Shown here one piece after another: positions 41,001 through 52,675 of a DNA stretch of 64,000 nucleotides (position 1 is its first letter; each line of letters starts with the position of its first letter). The position numbers and the translations under genes were made by a program. The notes beneath the pieces were generated by a model. The model was not told the DNA's origin and did not search any database. It saw nothing but the letters and a program-made list of their open reading frames with translations. The stretch is from Prorocentrum cordatum. Taxonomy: Eukaryota. Where the stretch lies: NCBI GenBank assembly GCA_963575745.1, contig CAUYUJ010000214.1, positions 496,001 to 560,000 of the forward strand, in the 5' to 3' direction.

Positions 41001-41554
41001 TTTTCGGCCCTGTCTCGAACGGAATCGCCATTCATCATGGCCGTCGCGCGGGTGCCACTGAGTTCAGCGAAGATGCGGGCAGCGACTCCGACGACCAGTT
41101 CGAACAGCAAGATGTATGGGAGGCCCTGGCAGAGGCTCGCGCGGCGGTGCTCCATGGCGTGGAGGACGAAACGCATTTCACATATACTATCAGGGGCGGC
41201 GCGTGGACTCGTGAGCACGAGGGCGTTGACTACGACTCTTATCGAGCATATGCGGCCACTACCGAGGGCGAGCAGTTCTTGGTGTTCCACGGCCTGGGCA
41301 CGACAGCGACGTTTTCCATTGATATGTATACTGAGCATGGTTGTGGCGTGCTGCGCCGATACTGGGTTGCCAAAATGAACTTTTTCAAAGCCCTCGCTGA
41401 TCAGAGCGAGGCAGGCGCGGCCCCCTTCAACGCCGAGGCCTTGGGTCGATTCGTCGAACCACCTGAATTCGTAGAGCTGGCGTCTGCCGCTGGTGCGCCG
41501 AGACGCGTGCAGCAGCGAATCGCACGTTTGCGTTTGTTGCGGCCCTACATGTAG
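38092..41554 (+). CDS. Putative DDE (hAT-like, CxxH) transposase with HMG-box-like and AP2-like segments, split by a ~200-bp insert or intron at ~39262-39466
   Basis: ORFs 38092..39363 and 39347..41554. Motifs: SYQSDCTP (38275-38298), HVVFDGA (~38539-38559), PCVLHSCHN (~38680-38706), WSTNPTEQGHS (~39842-39874), KHGRLWQALRPEQKRVYEGKA, and TFSIDMYTEHGCGVLRRYW. Confidence 0.6.
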
Positions 41555-41644
41555 GAGAAAAATCATTGAGCATCCGCATCTCAACTCTGCCGGTTTGCTT
41601 ACACATTGAATGTATGATCCTGCTGGAGTACTGTTCGCTATGTG

Positions 41645-42320
41645 CGCTGGGGCCCTCTTGGGGGGCTTTGGGAGCACTCCTGGAGCCCTCTCGGGGCCCC
41701 CTTGGAACCCTCTGGGGTCTCTTGGAGCCCTTGGGGCTCCAAGAGGGCCCCCAGAGGGCCCCAAGAGGGCCCCGAGACGGGGCTCCTTGGGTGGGCCGTG
41801 CAAGAGCTCATGGAGGCACCAAGAGGGGACCCAAGGAGCCCCCAAGAGGGTACCCGAGGAACCCCCCAAGAGGGCCCAGGGAGCCCCCAAGAGGGCCCCC
41901 AGAGGGCTCCAAGAGGGCTCTAAGAAGGCCCCCAGAGGATTCCAAGAGGGCCCCAAGACGGGGCTCCTTGGGTGGGCCGTGCAAGAGCGCATGGGGGCCC
42001 CAAGAGGGGACCCAAGGAGCCCCCAAGAGGGAACCCAAGGAGCCCCCCAAGATGGCCCAGGGAGCCCCCAAGAGGGCCCCCAGAGGGCTCCAAGAGGGCT
42101 CCAAGAGGGCCCCCAGAGGGCTCCAAGAGCACCCTTAGAGGGCCCAACCACCTGTCACGAAAAAGGGCCTTGTTCGTGACAGGTCGTTGGGCCCTCCTGG
42201 GGGGCTCTTGGAGCCGTCTCGGGGCTTTCCGAGGGACCCAAGAGGCCCCCGCGGCGGCTCCAGAGGGCCCCAAGACGGCCCCAGGCGGCTCCAGAGGGCC
42301 CCAAGACGCCTCCAGAACGT
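41645..42320. repeat. GGGCCCCAAGAGGG-rich degenerate repeat family
   Basis: Short CCAAGAGGG/CCCTCTTGG motifs in both orientations. Similar blocks at ~16710-16980, ~28030-28420, ~46240-47740 and ~55640-55720. Confidence 0.8.
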
Positions 42321-42604
42321 ATATTGGGCAACGCACGTAGCCCGAGGTTCCCGGAGGGGCTTCCAGTGACGCCCGAAATCATGTTCCCGGAGGGGGGTCT
42401 GGGAACATCCTTCCCCCCATGGTCCTTACCCCCCCCCCCCCCATGCATGGCTTAGCGGTGCGTTCGTCCTCCGACCTCTCACCGATTCCATCGGGAGGGA
42501 TGGGTCTGGACGAGGGGGGTGGGCGCGAGGAGGATGAGGGCGATCAGTCCTGTGGATGGTGTCACTTCGGAGTCCCCCTCGGCTCTCCCTGAAAGGCCTT
42601 TAGA

Positions 42605-42926
42605 GCAGCTACGATTTTGAACACGATTTTGCAATACGATTTTTTCTACCCACTTGCCTGAGACATGTCGCCGAAAATATTGTTGGTCAGTATTGTTAGT
42701 GAAATCGTGGTCGATCGGGGTCCAGCTTGTTAAAAAATCGTTCTCCCTTGGCCCGGGTTCCCCGTTCGAAATCGCGCTGGCGGCTCGCGGGCCCTGCATT
42801 CAAAATCGTAGGAGCGGGGATTGGAAATCGTTGCCGAAATCGTAGGGGGGGTTATGCAAAATCGTAGCCCAAATCGTCAGGGCTTGAATTCAAAATCGTC
42901 GGAGCGGGGTGTGGAAATCGTAGGGG
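42605..42926. repeat. Cluster of AAATCG(T) motifs with an inverted ACGATTTT triplet
   Basis: Three ACGATTTT copies at 42612-42645, then about ten AAATCG copies up to 42921. CTACGATTTTGAA pairs with TTCAAAATCGTAG. Confidence 0.7.
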
Positions 42927-43296
42927 CGATTCTGTCGGTGACAATGCCAACGAGTCTGGCTTCACAGCCGGGGGGTCTGGGCCTCAACTGCGCAGCCTGA
43001 TGGCAGAGGGGCCCTGGCCTGCTGTGTCCGGCCTCGCGGCCAAGGGGGTTTGGCTTAAAGTGCGTGGCCGCGCGGCCATGGGGGGTCTGGCATCAAGTGT
43101 CAGGGTTCACAGCCCGGGGTGTTTGGCCTGGAGTGATCAGCCTGGCGGCCCAGGGTGGTTCGCCTCAAATGTCCGGCCTCGCGGCCAGGGTAGATTTGGC
43201 CCCACGTGTCTGGCCATCTCGGTGCGTGCACGTCCGCAGATATCTGCGAGCAGGCCCCCCTGCCACCCCCAATAGTTTCGTACGAAAGGGCCCCTA

Positions 43297-43318
43297 TCCG
43301 TAGCTATTTTGGCTCGCG
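43297..43318 (+). other. Dinoflagellate spliced-leader relic (19/22 match)
   Basis: TCCGTAGCTATTTTGGCTCGCG vs DCCGTAGCCATTTTGGCTCAAG, ending 68 nt upstream of the ATG at 43387. Confidence 0.85.
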
Positions 43319-43386
43319 AGCTGCACCGATCGTTTCCCCTCGCATCTGCCCTGCCGCAGTGCGCCTGCCACCACCTGCGAGGAGCG

Positions 43387-45424
43387 ATGGCGCCCAAGGC
43401 GAAGACCCCGACCAAGGATGGCGCCAAGGCGAAGGCGGCCGCGAAGTCAGCTGAGAAAGCCGCCCAGGCTGCACGGAAGCAGAAAGCTGCGGCCGAGGCG
43501 AACACGCTGCTCGAGAAAGAGAGCCTCGCGCAGCAATCCAGTAAGCGAGGCCGCGCCGACGAGGACCACAGAGCTGCTTGTTTGAAGATCATGAACGACC
43601 ACTTCTCGGTTCTGAGCGACGACGACAAGTACGTGCGCCAGATCGACGGATACACGCTGGAGAAGAGGATCGACGTGGACCGCAAGCGGTGGCTCAACTA
43701 CGAGCTGACCATGGGCAAAAACTATTATGATGCATTGCGGACGCAGTATTCGACTGAGGAGGCCCCCTGGAAGCGCATCAGGGTCCACGACGAGGCCGAC
43801 AGCGACGACGAGGATTTGGAGGAAGCTTTATTCCAAGCTGCCAAGCACGTGGCGGACTACGAGCCGCTAGCCCTCTGGCTCGAACAAGAAAAGCTCCCTA
43901 ACCAAAAGAATGCTGCCGGCCTCATGAAGAGGGTGCTGATGTGGGACCCCAGAGCAGCCGCCGGGAAAAACGAAATCCTCATGAAGATCTTCAGCTGGTG
44001 CCAAAAAGTCAGTTTCGAGGAGCGCTACCCCGCCATTTGGCAGCTCGCCGAGGCTTTTCTTCCACATTGTTCTTGACAAGAGCTACACCATTGCGAAGGC
44101 GGATGGCCTGAGTGTGAAGGGTTGGTGGTCCTGCGTGAAAGAGGCTTCCTCGTTACTCCTGGACGTCGACGCCTTCGACAAGTGCGTCAAGTGCGATAAG
44201 AATTGGAACAATGTGAAAGACGAGTTGGAGAAGGTCAGGGGCAGCGACGTGGCCAAGAGGATCTTCGCCAAGGGTTTGGCGACGATCGACGCTCGCCAGT
44301 TCGGTAATTTCATCGACGAGGCGATGGACCAGCTGGCGGCCAGCGACACCAAGGTGGACAAGGCTGTGTACAAGAAACTCAAGGACGATCTCGAGGGCAA
44401 GTTTAAGCAGAACGCCCAGAGCATGTACGTTGCCCAGAAGCCTCGGCCAGTCAGCGTGTCTTACCGGGCGGTCATGTTCATGGTGCTGGTGAAGAGCTTC
44501 CTCGATGAGTTCCAAGTGAAGTTCTGGGCGCTCGTCTTGGGCGCCGCCGTCAAGCAGAATTTGTTGTCAGCGCTGTTCTGTGAGAGCGACCTCGTCGATG
44601 TGACCGAGCCGGCCAGAGCGCCGCCGATCGACCCAGAACTCATCGCTCCGGCGGTTGCTGCGAGAGCCGAGGCGAAGACTTTCGTCAAGGACCCGGAGAA
44701 GGCAGGCAAGGTCGATATCAAGACAGCCCTGGTGAACAACGACCGCGCCCTCTGCAGGATGCACGAGGGGTGGAAGGTGTACATGAACTTCTGGCTTTCC
44801 CAGTGCGGCTCCGCGGGAGAGGAGCGCATGGTCTCCGAGGTGGTTGGCTTGCTGGCTACCCCGACAGAGGATCGCAAGTTGAAGGCGTGCAAGGACGGCA
44901 TACAGAGGTTGATCAAGTCGAAGCTATATCAGTTCATCGGCACAACCCTGCAGACCGAGATGACCACCGTGGGCGGGTGGATCACATCGATGCACGCGGG
45001 CCGCTGCCCCGCGCTCCCTAAGACGGTCGTGAAGGACAGCTTCTACGAGACAGTCGTGAACCAGCTCCCGAATTTCTACCGCGAGCCGAAGCCCGAGGGC
45101 GGCGGGGAGGTCGTGGGCCGAGATGCCCTTCAGCTCCTCTACGCGGCGACCGAGAGCGTTGGGGGCGATGTGGCGTCAGTCAAGCTGAAGCCTTTCGCCA
45201 CCTACAATTGGCTGCTCACCCAGGACGAGAAAAAGAAGGTGCAGGACTGGACCTCGGCCGCGATCAAGAAGGAGACGGGTAAAGACGTCGTCGCGTCCAA
45301 GGGCGGCGGCGGGGGCGGCGCCGCCGCCGCAGCCAGCTCGAAGGGGGTGCCCGCCAGCTCAAAGAAGAAGCCGACTGACGAGGCCATTTTGCGGGCTTCC
45401 ACCAAGGCTCTGTTCAAGAACTGA
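43387..45424 (+). CDS. Intronless hypothetical protein (~678 aa, MAPKAK...) with a single +1 frameshift; probable retrogene
   Basis: ORFs 43387-44076 and ..45424 have strong GC3 bias. Deleting one T from TTTT at 44055-44058 gives a continuous ...AEAFFHIVLDKSYTIAKADGLSVKGWW... Both termini are Lys/Ala-rich; no domain recognised. Confidence 0.75.
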
Positions 45425-46239
45425 TTCTGTTAGGGCGTTGCGGCCCCCTGCCCCCTCCCCGCCTCCTCTGCCGCCCCGTCTTGTCCCTTCCTACTCCTTG
45501 CCCTCCGCCCTGTGCCGGTGCGATCCCCTGCTCCTCTGCACTCCTCTTCCCTCCCCTCTCGACTGGCGCCTCGGACCGATGCTGTTGGGCAGCTCGATGG
45601 CACAAGGGTCAGCTCGGACCGATGCTGTAGGGCAGTTCGGGCCGATGCTGAGGGCGCCCTCGAACTTGTGCGTTCTCTAGGGCAGCGCCGCTGGCACAAG
45701 GTCAGGCGCTGCGCGCGTGAGCCGACGTGGGGAGTCGGCCAGAGCTTCGTTGCGTTAAATCTTCGTCGTCGTTGGAAACATACCCGGCATCCCTCCTCCA
45801 AGCACCCGCGCGCCTCTGCCTTGGGAGCCTCTGGCATTCGTCGTCGTTGCAAGCGATTGCGTTGCCGTCTCGGCCTTGCTACTCTTAAGGGTCGCCGTCT
45901 CTGGTGCATGTTCCGGCGATCCCTTTGGGGGCAGCTTTTCCATCCCAGCTCTGGAACTCTCAGGCGTGCGGGGGCGCTGCCAGCGTGCAGACGCTGTTCT
46001 AGTTGTCGGGGACACGCCGGAGGTTTGTTCCTGTTCAGTCCCTAGTTCGGGTGTCACAGGCGGGCCATTCGTGTACGTTTCTTCCCCATGTTACCTTTTC
46101 TGCTTCTGCCAGGTCGTGTGAGAACAGGTGTAAGAAGCAGGGGGTGAATTGAGGGGGAGCGGAGAAAGGGGAACGGAGCCTCACTCCCCTCCCGGTTGTG
46201 CTTGTCACGACGGTCAGTTTTTGACCGACGGTCGTTTTG

Positions 46240-47740
46240 GAGGGGCCCTCCCAGGCCGTCTTGGGAAGGGGGTCCAAAAGGCCCCGAGAGACCCAAAGGG
46301 GCCCTCTGGGGGCGTTCCTGGGGCCCCGTCAGTGCCCCCCAGGGCCTTCAATGCGGTCTCGTAGTGCTTCCAGTGGGCTCCAAAAGGTTGCAAGAGGGAG
46401 TCTAAGTTTTTGAGTACACTAAAGAACTTGAGGGTAAGATTGAGGCCCTATTGGGTTCCTCTTGGGGCCGTCTTGGAGCCCCATGTGGGCCCTTTTCGGG
46501 CGATCTTGGAGGAGCTTAGGAGGTCCCCGAGAAACCCACAGTGGCCTCCAGAGGCCCAAAAGGGCACTGTCGGGGCTTCCCCGGGCCCCCCTCAGCGCCC
46601 CCAGGGGCCTTCCAGTCGGTCTCGGAAGATTTCCTATGGGCTCCAACACGGCTCCAAGAGGGTATCAAAGATTCTCAATAAATTTGAAGACTTGAAGCTA
46701 ATATTGAGCCCTTTGTGGGGGCCTCGCGGGGCTGTCTAAGAGCATCTATGTGGCCTCCTGGGCTTTCTTGGAGGGCTTAGAAGGACCTCACGAGACCCAA
46801 AGAGGCCCTCTTGGGGTTTTCCTGCCCCCCCCTTCAGCGCCCCCCATGGCCCTCCAGTGCAGTCTCGGAAGGCTTCCAGTGGGCTCCAAGAAGGCTCCAA
46901 GAGGGCGCCAAAATTTGCAACTCCATGTACGAGTTGGAAGGTAATCATGAGGCCCGCTTGGGGGCCTCTGGGGGCATTCTTGGAGCCCCTATGGGCCCTC
47001 CCAGGCCGTCTTGGAGGGGTCAAAGAGGGTCCCCAGAGACCCAAAGGGGCCTCTTGGGGCTTTCCTGGGGCCCCCTCCGCGCCCCCCCAGGGGCCGCCAG
47101 TGCAGTCTCGGAAGGCTTCCAGTGGGTTCCAAAAAGGCTCCAAGAGGGTTTCAAAGTTCTTCGATCTAGTTTAGAACTTCAAGGTGATATTGAGGGCTTC
47201 TTGCGGGCCTCTTGGGGACCTCTTGGAGCCCCTATGGGCCCTCCCAGGCCGTCTTGTAGCTTCACTTGTTCTGGTCTCCTCTGGAGCCAGGTTGCCCGGG
47301 CAATACTCGTCACAGGTGCCCCCCAGAGTATGTAGCATGGTGCATGTACCCTTTCTGGCAGGAAGCAGGGCAGGAGGATTGCAGCCACCGTCGCATAGCA
47401 GCGTCACAACAACAGAGCCCGACAGGGCTCCAAGAGGGCGCTGAGAAGGCCTTAGATGGGGCCCCCAAGACGACTCCCAATATGTGAAACGGCCCCTGCT
47501 GTTCTCCGAGGCCCTCTTGGGACCGTCATAGGGCTCCCTTGGAGCTTCCTGGGGCCTCCCAACACGGCGTGGGAGAGCCCCAGGGGGCCCAAGAGGGTAC
47601 CAAGTGGATCCACGACGGCTTCAGCATTGTTTAATCGATGTTAGGGCTTTGAGGCCCTCCTGGGGCAAGGTTGGGCCCCCCATGGAGCTCACCTGGGCTC
47701 TCTTGAAGCTTCCTTTGTGCTCTCTGGATCTGTATGGGTG
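46240..47740. repeat. Diverged ~240-bp tandem units of the GGCC/CCAAGAGGG family
   Basis: Recurring GTCTCGGAAGGCTTCCAGTGGGCTCCAAGAAGGCTCCAAGAGGG variants at ~46356, ~46618, ~46862 and ~47105. Confidence 0.75.
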
Positions 47741-49667
47741 GCCTCGGCGAAGCCCCGCGAGGGGCCCTCCGACGCCGTCATCAGGACCGCCTGGGGCTCG
47801 CCACAGTAGGTTTGCTTGCGCGTTGGCGCGGTCGGCGTCGAAGCTTGGTGTGTCAAGCGTTACGTACGCATGTCTCGAAATCTGGTTTGCTTGCATTACA
47901 ATGTCGTCCTACACGTTTCACTGCAACAAGTGCCAGCACTGTTTGGGGAATGTGTTTGGTGCGTTTGCCATGCGCGCGCGACCAATGGTGCGCCGCACTT
48001 CCATGGAACCGCGTCGCGATTGTGATGCGCAGACGCATCTCACGAAGAAGCCGACGCATGAGCGCGGCGCACAAATCACAGAACCATGTATTCGCATCAC
48101 GACTGTGAAGCACGAGCCCCCTTATTTTGGAAATCGCGAAACGATGCAGTTTGGTGCAGACGGGTGCAATCCCCGAGGGCTGGCGGAATCTCGGCGGAAG
48201 CTGGCGGTCGGAACAAGTTGGGCCAAGGACGTCCTTGCGGCAGCCTAAACGGCTGCGTTTTTTGATTTCCCTGGGAGGGGGATCCAAAGATCCGTCCTTC
48301 TTGGGGTGCCAGCAGCTGGAAGGCATTTCTGCCCGGGGAAGGCGTGCAGAAGCAAATGGGCGGACAAATCGCCCCCCCTCCCCTCCCCGATAGAGGACAG
48401 CACGTGGCCCTCTGCGGGCCCGACTTACTTTGAGTTTCCAGCCAAGGGCCCTTCGTGCATTTTGGCAACGGCCCTCTGGCTGCGGGGGGAAAAGGGGATG
48501 GCAGCGGGATTGGGAACGTTGGAAAATTGAGCTAATTTATTTTTGTGCGGGGAGGGGCCGCGGTCCAGCGCGGTCGGCAGCGCAGAAGGGCGGCGCGTTT
48601 TTTGCAAGAGTGGCAGCCAGATTCGCACCGAAAGGTCCAGAGAAGATGCGAGGTGGGGCACGAGGAGGAATATAATTAATATGAGGTGCCTGAGAGAGGA
48701 AACGGGGGAGGAGGGGCACGAGGACGAGGGCAGAGAATTAAGAGGAGGAGGGCGGGGAGCAAAAGGAGGGGGAGCATGACGAACACAAGGGGGAGGAAGA
48801 GGCACGAGGCGACAAGGAGAGCCGCCTAAAACCGCTGCCCGATGGGATAGAGTGCAGCTTGATGTGGCGGACGGCTCGGGCTCCCTCGCATCGCGGCGGC
48901 GGAGGGCATTGGTGACCCGAGTTGTTTCTCCTGTCCCGCCCCCCCCCCATCGTCCCTCCCTTCCCTCCATGTCTCCTCCCATTCGCTTTCTCTGCCCCTT
49001 TTCCCGCGTCTTCCTTGCACTTCCTTCGCTCTCATTCATTCCGTCGCCCTCCTCTCACCTGATGGGGGGCGGGGGCGGGGGGTGGGCAAGGGATACCTGT
49101 AACGTGTCCCTCTGCAGACGCGAAGCGTGTGCAGGCTGTCCCCCATTGTCGGGTCGCTCCTGGCCGGCGATCGCCCCCCTCTTCGTCGTCACCCGTATTG
49201 TCCGCGCTCTTTCCCTATAGTCCGGATCTGCAAACTAAACACCCGTAGAAGTCCAGCCGTGCATCCAAAAGCCACGTAGGACGCATTGCAGGCCCAGCCA
49301 CGCGGGCAGGTTCGATTTGATGAGTTGCTGCTCATTTTAATTCTCATGCGCGCTATGGGAGTGTCAGGCTACGTTCTAATCAGCTGTTTGGTGTATTGGC
49401 CCCCAAAGTTATATGAAACGCCCGTTTTTTGGATTGGCACGCCGGGTGGTTATCTGAACTCTATGGGCCCCCAGTGGCGGCCAGTGTCGCTCCCCCCCCG
49501 CTCACTCCACCAACTACTGCCGCGCCTCCTCCTCCAGAGTTTACTATGTAATCCTATTCCCCCCGTCGTTTTGATCTCTGTGCCAATTGACTTTTGATGA
49601 AAAGTACAATTGTTTGAAAAAAGTGAGCTCGAAATCGTCGCGACTTCTGTTGGGGCGCCGCTTCCAT

Positions 49668-49668
49668 G

Positions 49669-49705
<37 letters not shown>

Positions 49706-49706
49706 T

Positions 49707-49737
<31 letters not shown>

Positions 49738-49771
49738 GCTACTACTATTACGACGACGACGACGACGACTA

Positions 49772-49835
<64 letters not shown>

Positions 49836-50219
49836 GACTAAAACTACAACCACCACCACTACTTCTACTACTACTACTACTACGACGACTACTACTACTA
49901 ACACTCCTACTACTACGACTACCACGGCTGCACCTACGACTACTATCGTTAAACAAAACCACGCTTGCAATTATTGTATGACGATTATTACTGCTACTAC
50001 TTCCACCGAGGGTACCACGACTACTCCTATTACTACGACTACTACTACGACGACTACTATTACCATGGCTACTACTGTGACTACTACTTTCACGACCTCT
50101 ACCATTACCATCACACTTTTACTATACGTCTTATTTCTGCTACGACCACTGGTACTGGTTCGACGACTACAACTACGATTCCGCTTACTACTACTACTAC
50201 TACTACTACTACGACTACG

Positions 50220-50253
<34 letters not shown>

Positions 50254-50940
50254 GGACACCTACTACGACTATTACTATTCTACGTATCCCCACTGGATGT
50301 GAGACTCGTATCATCACTAATCTTTTTGCCACCACGAACATTATCAAAGCTACTTCCACGACCATGCGTGCGACTACTACGGCGACTACGACTGCTACAC
50401 GTCTTACTACTACTACTACTACTACTACTACGGCTGCTGCTGCTGCTGCTACTACTACTACTACTAGTAGTAGTAGTAGTACTACTACTACTACTACTTT
50501 TACCCCTACTACTGGTAATACTGCTACCTCTTGTTCCTTCTGCCACAACTCGAAAGATTACTACGGCGACAGCGGCTACTACGACTAGTACTACTAGCAC
50601 TGATATTGCGACCGCCACTACTACCATTACTACTGGTACTACGACTACCATTACCATCACCACCACCACGACCACTACCACCACACCACCCCGACCACCA
50701 TTACTGTAACTATTACTACTTCCCACTGCTACTACTACTACTGTTATTACTGATACCACCATTTCTTTCAGTGCTAGTACCACTATAACTACTGCTAGCA
50801 GTATTATTACTACTACGACTACTACTCTTACTTCTTCTGGGAATTATTACGATCGCTACTACGATACCATTTACGTCTACTAATAATTTTACTTCTGCTA
50901 CCACTACTGCTACTGCTACTGCTACTGCTACTGCTACTAT

Positions 50941-51001
<61 letters not shown>

Positions 51002-51030
51002 GCTACTAACACCACTACTACTGATACTTC
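49668..51030. repeat. (CTA)n degenerate microsatellite, ~1.35 kb
   Basis: Read directly; poly-T/Y/L ORFs are artefacts. Confidence 0.95.
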
Positions 51031-52021
51031 TACGTATGTTCCTAGTGGAAGGAAGACGAATACAATTATTCAGTCTACTACTGAGTACTTCCATCGTCAA
51101 GCCGCGGATGGCACCTAACGCTGTTCCTTCTTTCTGTTAAGAGAAGGCTATGTTCGTGGGATGGAGCAGTACCGTGGGATGGACCATCCCCCAGGGCTCC
51201 CGACGCACATCCATTCCTCTTTCGGGAGTGGAATAAAGAACGCACAGGAGAAGGATTGGAGCATGCAAGCGGACTCAGGCATAGTTTTGGAAGTGAAGCC
51301 TGCTAATTCCTTGGGCGTGCTTTCAGTGCTCAGAAAAAGTCGTTCTGGCAGCAGTCCAGTCCTCTCAGCGCTCACACAGGCAAAGCTCACAGAGTTCCAG
51401 ACGAAAGCCCAGCAATCGTGAGACAGTCGTGGGATTCAGTAGCTAACGGAGCCCAAGCGTTTTTTGTTGGGCTCGCGCGGTGCTGAAGGCATCGTTCGGC
51501 GAGAACCGCCCCTGGAGTCAATTCACAGCGGTGCGGTGCTAGCGATAGGCCCGAGGGGTTTCTTGAACAATTTCCAGACGATATGCGCTGGGGAATGGAG
51601 GAATTGGCAGGGGCCCTCCATGGCCCTTCTCCTCCTCCTCCTCGGATGGCGCTCCGCGTGGGATGCCCCGGAACAAAAAACCCGCAGTGACCCCGCGGAA
51701 AGGGCCCTGAGTGGCTCCCAAACTGCCCCCGCGTGCGCGACACGTGCACGTTTGCCCTCCCCCCCCCTTTCCCGTCCCGTTTGCTTCCGCCCCGTTTTCC
51801 TTTGCCATCGTTCGGGCTTGTGTATGCTTTTCCCCGAGGACAAAAAGACCTGCTCGGAAGGCGCGAGGGCATCTTTGAAGTCCCGCCGCCTTCTGGGAAG
51901 GCCTTTTCCTTCTCACTCCCCCCCCCTGCTCGCCGCCAACGGTTTACCGAGGACGCGCCGCCTTGGCACACGTGCCGTCTCGTCGGCGCCTCGTGGTCCC
52001 CCCCCCCCCCTGCGTTTGTCC

Positions 52022-52249
52022 AGGCCTCCTGGATGGGGTCGGAGTAGACGACGTCGGAGGATCGCGCCGCATCGCCGATGCATCGGCGGTGCGGCTCGAT
52101 GTGGAGCCCGACTTTCGCCACGCCGACGGCGCCAATGCACCGCCGACGTCGTCGGCGCATCGCCAATGCATCGCCGATCCATCGCCGATGCATCGGCGAT
52201 GCGGCGCGATCCTTCGACCCCATCTGCTCCGACCCCGTCTGGGAGGCCT
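52022..52249. mobile_element. Foldback/MITE with ~65-bp TIRs
   Basis: The inner 30 bp GGATCGCGCCGCATCGCCGATGCATCGGCG are perfectly inverted at the right end; the outer arm AGGCCTCC..GGGGTCGGAG pairs imperfectly. Confidence 0.75.
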
Positions 52250-52526
52250 CCAGCCTGGGTGTCCCGAGGTCCTGCCGCGCTGGCCCCCGTGACCGCTCGT
52301 GTGGCACCCCTTGGGCGCCCCGTGCGTGCACACCACACAGCCGCCACCGCATAGCCTGCAGCGCACGGCTGGCAGCGCACGGCTCACGCCGCATGGCGCA
52401 CACCGCACGGCATGCACCAACACAGCGCTTGCATCGCATGGTCTACAGCGCTCAGCTTTCACGACGTGGCGCATGATGCTGGAGGCAACGTCGCTTGCAT
52501 AACGTAGCGCCCCCCATCCACAATTA

Positions 52527-52675
52527 GGGGGTCCACATGCGAACCCTACCCCCACCCCCCACGATTTCTGAGGGGAGGGTGGGGTTCACTTCGCTCGGGA
52601 GCTCCCGAACGAAGTGAACCCCACCCTCCCCCTCATAAGTCGTGGGGGGTAGGGTAGGGTTCGCATGTGGCCCCC
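52527..52675. mobile_element. Loop-less 149-bp palindrome flanked by direct repeats
   Basis: Centre GGGAG|CTCCC at 52601/52602 with nearly perfect arms. ATCCACAAT occurs at 52516-52524 and 52676-52684. Confidence 0.8.

Noticed and set aside
49666..50709. Mucin-like poly-Thr and poly-Leu ORF
   Set aside because: (CTA)n microsatellite; the frame switches residue type arbitrarily.
51148..51421. 80-86 aa ORFs on both strands as an exon
   Set aside because: No recognisable motif, strand preference or clear splice signals.
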